This document shows, in pieces, positions 18,201 through 26,897 of a DNA stretch of 64,000 nucleotides; the stretch's first letter is position 1, and every line of letters begins with the position of its first letter. The translations under genes and the position numbers were made by a program. The stretch spans positions 9,411 through 73,410 of the forward strand of contig JAZPYP010000074.1 of the NCBI GenBank assembly GCA_045544255.1. Direction: 5' to 3'. The notes below the pieces were generated by a model, which was given only the letters and a program-made list of their open reading frames with translations, did no database searches and was not told where the DNA came from. This DNA is from Eubacteriales bacterium. Its GTDB lineage: Bacteria; Bacillota; Clostridia; Oscillospirales; QAKW01.

Positions 18201-18503
18201 AGAGACCACTTGGGGCACCCTTCGTAAGGAAGGATAGCCTTGATAAAGCGAGATTTTGGCGCAAAACAGCGTTAAAATGCTCGCCACCCGTCAAGGGTGC
18301 CTGCGCTTTTTGCCTTGTCTTGCATCCAAACTTTCGCCAATCAAGGTGCCATAAGCAGTTTTGAAATACAGATTTTTTGTTCAAGCGAATTGACAAAAAT
18401 CCCGCCATGCTGGCGCATGGCGAGATTTTTTCGATTTGTTTGGGCGAAAAAGAGGCTTTCAAAACCTATTCTTCCTTGCGGAGGGTGCCCCTTGGTGGTC
18501 TTT
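18201..18503. repeat. Imperfect 32/33-nt inverted repeat pair bracketing a roughly 240-bp intergenic core
   Basis: AGAGACCACTTGGGGCACCCTTCGTAAGGAAG (18201-18232) versus the reverse complement of 18471-18503, AAAGACCACCAAGGGGCACCCTCCGCAAGGAAG. About 27 of 33 positions are identical. Confidence 0.75.
18395..18431. terminator. Bidirectional terminator shared by ORF 17631 and sdaA
   Basis: Stem AAATCCCGCCATG / CATGGCGAGATTT (one mismatch), with an A tract upstream and a T tract downstream. Confidence 0.7.
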
Positions 18504-18507
18504 ATTT

Positions 18508-19938
18508 TTATAGTTTAATTTTAGCAAGGCCGGCTTCCGCGGTTTCCTTATAAGGAGAGGAGAGGTCGTGGCCGGTTTCTTTCATGGTTTTGATTACGTT
18601 GTCCAACGAGATTCTTCTGGTGCTCCAAAGGAAACTGGAAAGGCTGACGGCGTTGATGGCGCGCATGGCAGCCACTGCATTACGCTCAATGCAGGGAATC
18701 TGCACAAGACCGCAGATGGGATCGCAGGTAAGCCCCAAATGGTGCTCAATAGCGATTTCGGCGGCATATTCAATCTTTTCAATACTTAATTCAAAAAGTT
18801 CTGCAAGCGCCGCGGCAGCCATTGCACAGGCGCTTCCGATCTCGGCTTGGCAACCGCATTCCGCACCGGAGATGGAGGCATTGGTTTTGATGAGGTTGCC
18901 GATAAGTCCGGCAGTCATCAGTGCACGGATGATTTGATCGTCGCTATATTGATTTTTCTTTTGCTGATAATATAGTACCGCCGGAAGAACGCCTGCTGCA
19001 CCGCAGGTGGGCGCGGTAACAATGGTTTCGCCGGATGCATTTTGTTCGCTGGTGGCAAAGGCATAGGAGCAAACCATGCGATGCTCTCTAGTTTCGGCGG
19101 ATTCATCAATATGTTGGCTGTTAAAAAGGGTTTTAGCCTTTCGCTGCAATTCAAGCCCCCCCGGTAAAACTCCCTCGCTTTCAAGCCCTTCTTCAATAGC
19201 ATTTTTCATGGTCTGCCATATTTTTTTGAGGTATTTTTCCAGTTGATCGCCTTCATGCTTTTGAACATATTCCCAAAGACGAATGCGATGCTCCTTGCAG
19301 TAGGCACAGATTTCACTGAATTGAGCATGACGATAAACGATTTTTTGGGGCTTGACCATATCGTTTTCAAAAAGAATATTGCCGCCACCAACGCTGAATA
19401 CACGTGTACGCGCAAGTTCTTTTTTTCCTTTGAAAGCGAACAGCTGCATTGTATTTGGATGAGGAATATTTTTCTCTAATAAATCAAATTCGATTTCGCA
19501 GGGGATAGGTGAGAGGGTTTTTTGGATTACAACATCGGTTCCATGGCCTTTCCCTGTTTTGGAAAGAGAGCCGTAAAGAATAACTTTAAAAAGATCGGCA
19601 TCGGGATTATTGGCGCGGAAAATTTCGCAAGCGCGTTCAGGCCCGATGGTATGAGAGCTGGAAGGGCCGCGACCAATTTTATAAATTTCGGAAACAGAGC
19701 CCATTCCTTGAGGCTTATTTTCGATGAGGGGCGCAGCGGGCTTTTCGTAAAAATAATCGATGGGCACTTGGAATATCTTGGATAGGCAATAGATATTTTT
19801 GGCCGAAGGTTGGGATAATCCGCCTTCCCATTTCGAAATAGCTCTATTACTGATCCCCAGATGATCCCCTAATGCTTTTTGCGACATTTTATGTTGCGCG
19901 CGCAGTTCTTTAATTGCTTTCGGCGAGAATTTTTCCAT
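18508..19938 (-). CDS. sdaA: XRE-type HTH domain fused to single-chain iron-sulfur L-serine dehydratase
   Basis: Residues 1-65 are a Cro/C1-type HTH (MSQKALGDHLGISNRAISKWEGGLSQPSAKNIYCLSKIF). The rest carries SdaA signatures (KIGRGPSSSHTIGP, GSLSKTGKGHGTD, APTCGAAGVLPAVL, GAECGCQAEIGSACAMAA, LGLTCDPICGLVQIPCIERNA). Confidence 0.85.
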   Translation of the reverse strand: MEKFSPKAIKELRAQHKMSQKALGDHLGISNRAISKWEGGLSQPSAKNIYCLSKIFQVPIDYFYEKPAAPLIENKPQGMGSVSEIYKIGRGPSSSHTIGPERACEIFRANNPDADLFKVILYGSLSKTGKGHGTDVVIQKTLSPIPCEIEFDLLEKNIPHPNTMQLFAFKGKKELARTRVFSVGGGNILFENDMVKPQKIVYRHAQFSEICAYCKEHRIRLWEYVQKHEGDQLEKYLKKIWQTMKNAIEEGLESEGVLPGGLELQRKAKTLFNSQHIDESAETREHRMVCSYAFATSEQNASGETIVTAPTCGAAGVLPAVLYYQQKKNQYSDDQIIRALMTAGLIGNLIKTNASISGAECGCQAEIGSACAMAAAALAELFELSIEKIEYAAEIAIEHHLGLTCDPICGLVQIPCIERNAVAAMRAINAVSLSSFLWSTRRISLDNVIKTMKETGHDLSSPYKETAEAGLAKIKL

Positions 19939-20010
19939 GTGATCATACCCCTTTTTAGCAGTATATAACTATTTTAGCATATTTTTCATCAACTATAAAG
20001 AGAAAAGTTT

Positions 20011-20053
20011 AAAAAAAGCCCCCTAAAATCAACCAACAGTTGATTTTAGGGGA
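20011..20053 (-). terminator. Intrinsic terminator after mtaB
   Basis: On the minus strand CCCCTAAAATCAAC / GTTGATTTTAGGGG is followed by CTTTTTTT. Confidence 0.8.
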
Positions 20054-20058
20054 CGAAA

Positions 20059-21375
20059 TTATCCATCGATTTCAATACCAATCAGGCCTTCATCGCTATA
20101 TCCGGTGATTTTAATTGGGATAAGATCGGCATTTTTTTCTCCGCTCCATAGAACAGGGCAATAATTCCTTGTGAACCCGTGAAGCTTTCCTTCTTTTTTT
20201 GCTTCCGGTAAAACCCATTGAGTGGTTCCGATCATTTTTTTCCAAAAAGCATGGCGGGAAGCTTTTTCGATTTCTTCCATTTTTTTAACACGCTTTGATT
20301 TGATCTCTTTTGTTAATTGATCGGGCATGGCAGCAGCGCGAGTGCCTTGGCGGGGAGAATAGGGGAAAATATGGATTTTTGCAAAGCCGATTTCTTCTGC
20401 AAATGCAAGAGATTTTTGAAAGTCCTCTTCTGTTTCGCCGGGGAATCCAACTATGATATCGGTAGTGATGGCGCAATCGGGATAAGCGGCGCGAAGAAGA
20501 TTTACTGCCTCTCGATATTCATCGGTGGTATAATGGCGATTCATCGCTTTAAGAGTTTTATCGCATCCACTTTGCAAGGAAAGATGAAAATGAGGGCAAA
20601 GGGATTGAACCGATGCAATAGCGCTCAAAAATTCGGGAGTAATTGCTCTTGGTTCAAGGGAACCCAAACGAATCCTTTCAATCCCTTGAATCTCTGCAGC
20701 GCAAAGAATTGCTTTTTGAAGGCATCTTTCGCCCCATTCTTTTCCATAGGATGCAAGATGAATTCCTGTTAAAACAATTTCGCGATATCCGCATTTAACA
20801 AGGGAGAGAATTTCCTTCTTAATAATTTCCAGCGGTTTAGAGCGGATCCTGCCGCGGGCATAGGGGATAAGGCAATAGGAGCAAAAGTTTTCGCATCCAT
20901 CTTCGATTTTTAAAACAGCGCGGTTTTTCTCGCCAAAGGAATGAATCTCTTCTTGCTCCAAGGAACCGCAATTATCAACATCGATAATTTTCTCGCCGGT
21001 TTCTTTGAATTTATTAATATAATGAAGAATGTCTTTGCGATTTGAAGTGCCTAAAACGATATCAACGCCCTCTAAAGCCGCCGCGGCATTGGGAGCAACT
21101 TGCGAAAAGCAACCGCAAACTACTAAAATTGATTCGGGCTGCTCCCTTTTAGCTCTGGCAATCATTTGCCGAGATTTTTTATCGGAAATCTGAGTTACAG
21201 TACAGGTGTTGATAATATAAACATCGGCGGGGCTTCCAAAGGGAACCGTTTCATAGCCGATGCTTTCCATTTTATCGCGCATAATCTGCGTATCGTATTG
21301 ATTCACCTTGCAACCCAAGGTGTAAAATGCAACTTTCACTGAATGTTCTTCCGCCTTTATCTTTAGTGAAATCAT
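20059..21375 (-). CDS. mtaB: Radical-SAM methylthiotransferase, MtaB type (tRNA t6A37)
   Basis: UPF0004 N-domain (FYTLGCKVNQYD), radical SAM CxxxCxxC (CENFCSYCLIPYARG) and a short TRAM-like C-terminus. A separate MiaB lies at 41845. Confidence 0.8.
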   Translation of the reverse strand: MISLKIKAEEHSVKVAFYTLGCKVNQYDTQIMRDKMESIGYETVPFGSPADVYIINTCTVTQISDKKSRQMIARAKREQPESILVVCGCFSQVAPNAAAALEGVDIVLGTSNRKDILHYINKFKETGEKIIDVDNCGSLEQEEIHSFGEKNRAVLKIEDGCENFCSYCLIPYARGRIRSKPLEIIKKEILSLVKCGYREIVLTGIHLASYGKEWGERCLQKAILCAAEIQGIERIRLGSLEPRAITPEFLSAIASVQSLCPHFHLSLQSGCDKTLKAMNRHYTTDEYREAVNLLRAAYPDCAITTDIIVGFPGETEEDFQKSLAFAEEIGFAKIHIFPYSPRQGTRAAAMPDQLTKEIKSKRVKKMEEIEKASRHAFWKKMIGTTQWVLPEAKKEGKLHGFTRNYCPVLWSGEKNADLIPIKITGYSDEGLIGIEIDG

Positions 21376-21424
21376 GATAGCAAAAAAAACTTATGATTTC
21401 AAGGTGTTTTTTTAAAAAAGACTC

Positions 21425-21452
21425 TTGACATTTTAAAAATTCGTGCTATAAT
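21425..21452 (+). promoter_or_regulatory. Promoter of tRNA-Leu
   Basis: TTGACA (21425-21430), 16-nt spacer, TATAAT (21447-21452). Confidence 0.7.
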
Positions 21453-21467
21453 CAAGTGGTACTTTAC

Positions 21468-21552
21468 GCGAGAGTGGCGGAACTGGCAGACGCGCACGTT
21501 TGAGGGGCGTGTGGTTAACACCGTACGGGTTCAAGTCCCGTCTTTCGCACCA
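21468..21552 (+). tRNA. tRNA-Leu (anticodon GAG), long variable arm, CCA encoded
   Basis: Acceptor GCGAGAG/CTTTCGC, anticodon stem CACGT/GCGTG with loop TTGAGGG, extra arm, T loop TTCAAGT, 3' ACCA. Confidence 0.92.
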
Positions 21553-21554
21553 AA

Positions 21555-21587
21555 AAAGAGGCGTCCGTCGGATGCCTCTTTTGTTTT
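21555..21587 (+). terminator. Intrinsic terminator after tRNA-Leu
   Basis: AAGAGGCGTCC / GGATGCCTCTT stem followed by TTGTTTT. Confidence 0.85.
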
Positions 21588-21608
21588 AATTGAAAAGGGG
21601 ATGAAACG

Positions 21609-22979
21609 ATGTCCAAGCATCTAAAGAGAAGGTCGCAAAAACATAATTTTATCTTGTTTATGTTGATCATTTGCGTTTTTGTTGGCGTGTTAATTGCGAT
21701 ATTTGCTTTGCCGCGGGGAAATGATCAAGGCTCTTCTAAACCGCAAAAGCCGGTTTCGGAGCAAAAAGAGGAGCCACCGATTGTAAAGGAATCAACCTTT
21801 ACAATCTCGGCGACAGGTGATATTCTAATGCATTCGCCTCTTCTGCGTTCGGGCTCCACCGGTGGCGGCTATGATTTTTCGCCTATGTTCAAATATTTCA
21901 ATGAATATGTTGAAAAAGCCGACCTTGCAGTGGCTAATCTTGAAACCACATTGGCAAGCTCTGATCGAGGCTATAGCTATTCCGGATATCCTTGCTTTAA
22001 TTGTCCCGATGCCATTGTTGATGCTTTGAAAGGCGCCGGATTTGATATGTTGCTTACCGCGAATAATCATTCCTATGATACGCGTGGAACAGGATTGCAT
22101 CGCACGGTTGAGGTTGTGCGCGAAAAGGGCCTTTTCAATCTTGGCTCCAAAGCCACGGAAGAGGAAGCCGATTATAGGATAGTGAATAAAAACGGGATTT
22201 CTCTTGGGTTGCTTTGCTATACCTATGAAAATAACGAAAGCATTGATGTGAAGGCGCCAAACGGAATCACAATGAATTCTAAAGATGCTCCTTTCTTAAA
22301 AACCTTTGATTATGCGAATCTTGAATCATTTTATCAGGAAATCAGCCAAAATCTTGCTTTAATGAAAAATGAAGGGGCAGATGCATCGATCCTCTTCATT
22401 CATTGGGGCGAAGAGTATGATATAAAAGAAAATACCGTTCAAAATGAAATGGCGCAAAGGCTTTGTGATCTTGGAATCGATGTGATTATTGGCGGGCATC
22501 CTCATGTGGTGCAACCGGTTGAGTTGCTTGAGAGCAGTGTTGATGCCAATCACAAAACTGTTTGCCTTTATTCTATGGGAAATGCCGTTTCTAATCAGCG
22601 GCGCCAACGCATGAACCTTAATACCGGCCATACAGAAGATGGGGTTTTATTCGGTGTTCGCTTCGCACGCTATTCTGATGGCACTGTTATTTTGGAGGGT
22701 GTTGAACTTTTGCCCACATGGGTTCACATGTTTACTTCCTCTTCCGGAAATAAAAATTATAGAATTCTTCCTTTAGAAGAGGGGGAAAATTGGCAGGAAC
22801 GCTTCGATTTATCCGATAGTAATTTCAACCATGCCAAAGATTCCTACGAGAGAACGATGAAAATTGTTGGCGAAGGAATGGCTGAGGTTGAAACTTGGGT
22901 TAAGGATAACATTAATCATACAGAAAAGAAGCTTGGAATTATTGAAGAAACCGTTGCAAACGAAAAAGAGGCATCATAA
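21609..22979 (+). CDS. CapA-family (poly-gamma-glutamate synthesis-like) metallophosphatase, membrane anchored
   Basis: N-terminal TM segment plus CapA/PGA_cap motifs (ATGDILMH, ANLETTLA, LTANNHSYD, IHWGEEY, IIGGHPHVVQP). Confidence 0.8.
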   Translation: MSKHLKRRSQKHNFILFMLIICVFVGVLIAIFALPRGNDQGSSKPQKPVSEQKEEPPIVKESTFTISATGDILMHSPLLRSGSTGGGYDFSPMFKYFNEYVEKADLAVANLETTLASSDRGYSYSGYPCFNCPDAIVDALKGAGFDMLLTANNHSYDTRGTGLHRTVEVVREKGLFNLGSKATEEEADYRIVNKNGISLGLLCYTYENNESIDVKAPNGITMNSKDAPFLKTFDYANLESFYQEISQNLALMKNEGADASILFIHWGEEYDIKENTVQNEMAQRLCDLGIDVIIGGHPHVVQPVELLESSVDANHKTVCLYSMGNAVSNQRRQRMNLNTGHTEDGVLFGVRFARYSDGTVILEGVELLPTWVHMFTSSSGNKNYRILPLEEGENWQERFDLSDSNFNHAKDSYERTMKIVGEGMAEVETWVKDNINHTEKKLGIIEETVANEKEAS

Positions 22980-22993
22980 GATGCCTCTTTTTC
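22963..22993. terminator. Bidirectional terminator between capA-like and asnS
   Basis: AAAGAGGCATC / GATGCCTCTTT stem; the capA-like stop codon lies in the loop. Confidence 0.75.
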
Positions 22994-23005
22994 ATTATTG
23001 TTTAA

Positions 23006-24397
23006 TTACAGTTCGCAGTTATTAACAGTTCTGGGGAAGGGGATTACATCGCGGATGTTGCCCATGCCGGTGAGATACATGATGCAGCGCTCAAAACCAA
23101 GGCCAAAGCCTGCATGGCGGGTTGAACCATATCTGCGAAGATCCAAATAGAAATCATAGTCTTCGGGATTGAGGCTCAGCTCTTTGATGCGTTCTTCCAA
23201 TAAGCCAAGATCGTCTTCACGCTGGCTGCCGCCGATGATCTCGCCAATGCCGGGAACCAGGCAGTCCATTGCGGCAACAGTTTTGCCATCTTCGTTCAGC
23301 TTCATATAGAAGGCTTTGATTTCCTTGGGATAATCGGTAACAAAAACAGGGCGCTTAAACACTTGCTCGGTGAGATATCTTTCGTGCTCTGTCTGCAGGT
23401 CGCAACCCCAATATGCTTTGAAGTCAAAAGCATCGTTGTTCTTTTCCAAAATTTCGATTGCTTCAGTATAGGTTACATGAGCAAACTCATTGTTAACCAC
23501 ATTGTTCAGGCGCTCGATCAATCCTTTATCAATAAATTGATTGAAGAAATTCATTTCTTCGGGAGCGTTTTCCATCACATAGCGGATAACATATTTGAGC
23601 ATGCTTTCAGCAAGCATCATATCATCTTTAAGATCGGCAAATGCAATTTCCGGCTCGATCATCCAAAATTCTGCCGCATGACGGGTGGTATTGGAATTTT
23701 CGGCGCGGAAAGTGGGGCCGAAGGTATAGATATTTTTGAATGCTTGGGCATAGGTTTCGCCATTGAGCTGACCGGATACAGTTAAATTGGTTACCTTATT
23801 AAAGAAATCTTGGCTATTATCCACTTTGCCATCCTCGGTCAATGGAAGGTTATTAAGGTCTAAAGTGGTAACGCGGAACATTTCACCCGCACCCTCGCAA
23901 TCGCTTCCGGTGATGAGAGGGGTGTGCACATAAATGAAATTGCGCTCATTAAAGAACTTATGAATAGCATAAGCTGCCAAAGAACGGATACGGAAAACAG
24001 CCTGAAAGGTATTGGTACGAGCGCGAAGATGGGGGATGGTGCGCAGGTATTCAAGGCTATGGCGCTTTTTTTGCAAGGGATATTCAGGGGTAGAGCTCCC
24101 CTCGATTGCCACAGATTGCGCTTGAATTTCAAAAGGCTGCTTGGAATCAGGGGTTTCAACCAAAAGACCGGTTACAACGACAGCAGCACCAACATTGATT
24201 TTTGAAAGCTCGGCAAAATTTTCGAGTTGATCTCCGTATACAACTTGAAGAGGCTCAAAGAAAGTACCATCGTTAACAACTAAAAAACCAAAATTTTTAG
24301 ATGCACGATTTGAGCGCACCCAACCGCCAACAGTGATAGTTTTGTTGGCATATTCTTTTGTTTCGCGAAAAAGCTTTTTGATTTCGATCAGTTCCAT
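23006..24397 (-). CDS. asnS: Asparagine--tRNA ligase
   Basis: 463 aa with an N-terminal OB fold ([20 protein letters not shown]) and class II motifs ([33 protein letters not shown]). Confidence 0.94.
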   Translation of the reverse strand: MELIEIKKLFRETKEYANKTITVGGWVRSNRASKNFGFLVVNDGTFFEPLQVVYGDQLENFAELSKINVGAAVVVTGLLVETPDSKQPFEIQAQSVAIEGSSTPEYPLQKKRHSLEYLRTIPHLRARTNTFQAVFRIRSLAAYAIHKFFNERNFIYVHTPLITGSDCEGAGEMFRVTTLDLNNLPLTEDGKVDNSQDFFNKVTNLTVSGQLNGETYAQAFKNIYTFGPTFRAENSNTTRHAAEFWMIEPEIAFADLKDDMMLAESMLKYVIRYVMENAPEEMNFFNQFIDKGLIERLNNVVNNEFAHVTYTEAIEILEKNNDAFDFKAYWGCDLQTEHERYLTEQVFKRPVFVTDYPKEIKAFYMKLNEDGKTVAAMDCLVPGIGEIIGGSQREDDLGLLEERIKELSLNPEDYDFYLDLRRYGSTRHAGFGLGFERCIMYLTGMGNIRDVIPFPRTVNNCEL

Positions 24398-24430
24398 GAG
24401 AATTCCTTCTTTTTAACAAAATTTTGAGAT

Positions 24431-24459
24431 ATTGTATCATATTTTAATAATAAATTCAA
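24431..24459 (-). promoter_or_regulatory. Candidate asnS promoter
   Basis: Minus-strand TTGAAT (24459-24454), 17-nt spacer, TACAAT (24436-24431). Confidence 0.6.
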
Positions 24460-24624
24460 TGCTTTTTTAAAAATCGATGTAATTGGTTTTTGGGTTATAA
24501 AGGAACTGTCCGTCGGTGGTGCACAAATGTAGGCAAATTGCATAAATTGCTATGGTCATTTCCGAGGAAATCCTTTTGGATTTTTGTTAATATCAACAAT
24601 GTTTTAAGAAAAAATGATGATTTC

Positions 24625-24653
24625 TTGAAAATAAATTAATTATATTGTATAAT
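24625..24653 (+). promoter_or_regulatory. Candidate liv operon promoter
   Basis: TTGAAA (24625-24630), 17-nt spacer, TATAAT (24648-24653). Confidence 0.65.
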
Positions 24654-24683
24654 GGTAACAACAATCTATTAGGAGGATTTGTT

Positions 24684-25865
24684 ATGAAAAGAATGCACAA
24701 AATCATTGCACTTCTGATGGTGCTTGTTCTGGCGCTGGGCGCTTTGGCCGGCTGCGGATCAAGCAATGAAAAGGTCATTAAGATCGGAATCTTTGAGCCC
24801 GGTACCGGTGAAAATGCCGGCGGCGGTAAGCAAGAGGTTCTTGGCATGCGGTATGCAAACTCTATTGTACCTGAAGTGACCGTTGGCGGCGAGGTTTATA
24901 AGATCGAGCTCGTTGAAGTAGATAACCAGTCTGATGCCAGCAAGGCTCCCTCTGCTGCTCAGCAGTTGGTTTCTTCCAAGGTTTCTGTTGTTCTTGGTAC
25001 TTATGGTTCTGCCTGCGCAATCGCAGCCGGTCCTCTCTTTGCAGAGAATAAGATTCCTGCAATCGGCGCTTCCTGCACCAATCCTCAGGTAACCGCAGAA
25101 AACGATTTCTATTTCCGCGTTTGCTTCCTGGATCCCTTCCAAGGCACCGTTATGGCAAACCTTGCTTTAGAGCAGGGCTGCAAGAAGGTTGGCGTTTTGA
25201 CTCAGGCCGGCGATGACTATTCTGTTGGCCTTGGTAATTATTTCACCGAAGCGTTCAAGAATGCAGGCGGCACTGTTGTACCCGCAAGCTTCCAGACCGG
25301 TGAGACCGACTTTAGCGCTATCGTTACCAACTTTAAGGATTGCGACGCTGTATTTGCTCCTTCCTCTATCGAAACCGGTCCGCTGATCATTAAGCAGCTT
25401 CGCGCTGTTAATAAGGATTGCAAGATCCTTGCCAGCGATACTTGGGAAAATGGTAAGATTATCGAGAATGCAGGCGATGCCGCTACCGAGGTTTATTTCT
25501 CCACCTTCTTTGATGAGAACGACGATAGCAATCCCTTGAGCAAGACCTTTGTTGAAGGCTTTAAGAAATGGCTCAATGCCGATGCTGCTAACCTGAATAA
25601 TAACGGTGGCGACGATACTGTTGCTGCAGTTTCCGCTTTGGGTTATGATGCATATATGGCGGCAATCGAGGCTATTAAGGCTGCTGATTCTACCGATGGT
25701 ACTGCAATCCGCGATGCTCTTAAGGGCGTTGAGATGGATGGTGTTACCGGTGCTCTCTCCTTTGATGAGAAGGGTGATGCCAATAAAGATATGGCTTATA
25801 TCAAGACCATTGATGTTGCAAACGGTACCTTCAAATTCTTGAAGACTCAAACTGTTGCAGAGTAA
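24684..25865 (+). CDS. livJ: Branched-chain amino acid ABC transporter substrate-binding lipoprotein
   Basis: AGGAGG RBS, lipobox LAGC, and Peripla_BP_6-like sequence, upstream of livHMGF. Confidence 0.88.
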   Translation: MKRMHKIIALLMVLVLALGALAGCGSSNEKVIKIGIFEPGTGENAGGGKQEVLGMRYANSIVPEVTVGGEVYKIELVEVDNQSDASKAPSAAQQLVSSKVSVVLGTYGSACAIAAGPLFAENKIPAIGASCTNPQVTAENDFYFRVCFLDPFQGTVMANLALEQGCKKVGVLTQAGDDYSVGLGNYFTEAFKNAGGTVVPASFQTGETDFSAIVTNFKDCDAVFAPSSIETGPLIIKQLRAVNKDCKILASDTWENGKIIENAGDAATEVYFSTFFDENDDSNPLSKTFVEGFKKWLNADAANLNNNGGDDTVAAVSALGYDAYMAAIEAIKAADSTDGTAIRDALKGVEMDGVTGALSFDEKGDANKDMAYIKTIDVANGTFKFLKTQTVAE

Positions 25866-25885
25866 TCTTTATCTTTAATTCCAAG

Positions 25886-25918
25886 GGTAGTAGGGAGCTT
25901 TTGCTCCCTGCTACTTTT
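25886..25918 (+). terminator. Intra-operon terminator/attenuator hairpin after livJ
   Basis: 12-bp stem GTAGTAGGGAGC / GCTCCCTGCTAC (one T-G wobble valid only on the plus strand), loop TTTT, then TTTTGG. Confidence 0.75.
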
Positions 25919-26009
25919 GGTGTTTTATCCGGATGATTGAAGCTTTGCGTTGAGCGAATCGAAGCAAGGCTTCAGTCATCCGACTGATCATTTCAATGGA
26001 GGAAAGAAT

Positions 26010-26894
26010 ATGAACAATTATATCCAATTGCTTCTATCCGGTATAGCGGTTGGAAGTCTTTATGCTTTGATTGCCATTGGTTATACAATGGTTTACGGCA
26101 TTTTGCGGCTGATTAACTTTGCCCATGGAGATATGTTTATGATCTCCGGCTTCTTTTTGATCTATATTGCAGCAGTGCCCCATATGCCGATCTGGGCCGC
26201 TCTGATTATCACCATTTTACTAACGGTGTTGCTCGGCTTTATGATTGAGCGGTGCGCCTATAAACCCCTGCGCTCTGCACCAAGAATGTCGGTTATGATC
26301 TCGGCAATTGGTGTGTCATATCTGTTACAGAATTTTGCCACATATTTTACCGGCGGCCTTGCCCAAGCATATCCCTCTATTCCTTGGATCAGCAATGAGA
26401 TTAGTGTCTTTGGTGTAAATACCAAATTGATCACTATCATTACTCCGATTCTGACCATTGTTTTGGTGCTTGCCTTGGTTGCTCTCATTAAGTTTACCAA
26501 GATCGGCATGGCCATGCGCGCGGTTTCCAAGGATTTTGAAACTTCTCAGTTGATGGGTATTAAGATCAATAACGTTATCAGCATGACCTTTATTATCGGC
26601 TCTTTCCTTGCCGCCGTGGGTTCGATCATGTATTTCTCTTATTATGAGCAGGTGAGCCCCACTATTGGCGCAATGCCCGGTCTGAAGGCGTTTGTTGCGG
26701 CGGTATTTGGCGGTATCGGCTCGATTCCCGGTGCGGTAATCGGTGCTTATATCATCGGTATTTGCGAAAACTTGATTAAGAGCTATCCTGCCATTGCAGA
26801 TCTTAGCAATGCATTTACCTTTGTGCTTTTGATTGTTATTTTGATTTGTAAGCCGAACGGGTTGTTCGGAGAAAAACTGTCGGAGAAGGTGTAA
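26010..26894 (+). CDS. livH: Branched-chain amino acid ABC transporter permease LivH
   Basis: Typical LivH start MNNYIQLLLSGIAVGSLYALIAIGYTMVYG and the INFAHGD motif. Confidence 0.9.
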   Translation: MNNYIQLLLSGIAVGSLYALIAIGYTMVYGILRLINFAHGDMFMISGFFLIYIAAVPHMPIWAALIITILLTVLLGFMIERCAYKPLRSAPRMSVMISAIGVSYLLQNFATYFTGGLAQAYPSIPWISNEISVFGVNTKLITIITPILTIVLVLALVALIKFTKIGMAMRAVSKDFETSQLMGIKINNVISMTFIIGSFLAAVGSIMYFSYYEQVSPTIGAMPGLKAFVAAVFGGIGSIPGAVIGAYIIGICENLIKSYPAIADLSNAFTFVLLIVILICKPNGLFGEKLSEKV

Positions 26895-26897
26895 GCG

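Noticed and set aside
18201-18503. Possible tmRNA, RNase P RNA or riboswitch in the 320-bp gap after ORF 17631.
   Set aside because: It has no tRNA-like acceptor/T-arm end and no tag ORF (tmRNA). It lacks the conserved GAGGAAAGUCC-type RNase P core. No downstream gene exists on either strand for a cis-regulator.
17369-18507. Integrated mobile element at the tRNA-Thr 3' flank.
   Set aside because: There is no integrase, recombinase or transposase, and I found no direct repeat of the tRNA 3' end. I keep it only as a small islet of unknown origin, not as a mobile element call.
24498-24530. GTCGGTGGTGCACAAATG, resembling the T-box core, between asnS and livJ.
   Set aside because: It lies on the plus strand upstream of the liv promoter, not in a leader. 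It differs from the GGTGGTACCGCG core and has no adjacent terminator/antiterminator pair. The asnS leader from its own promoter is only about 30 nt.
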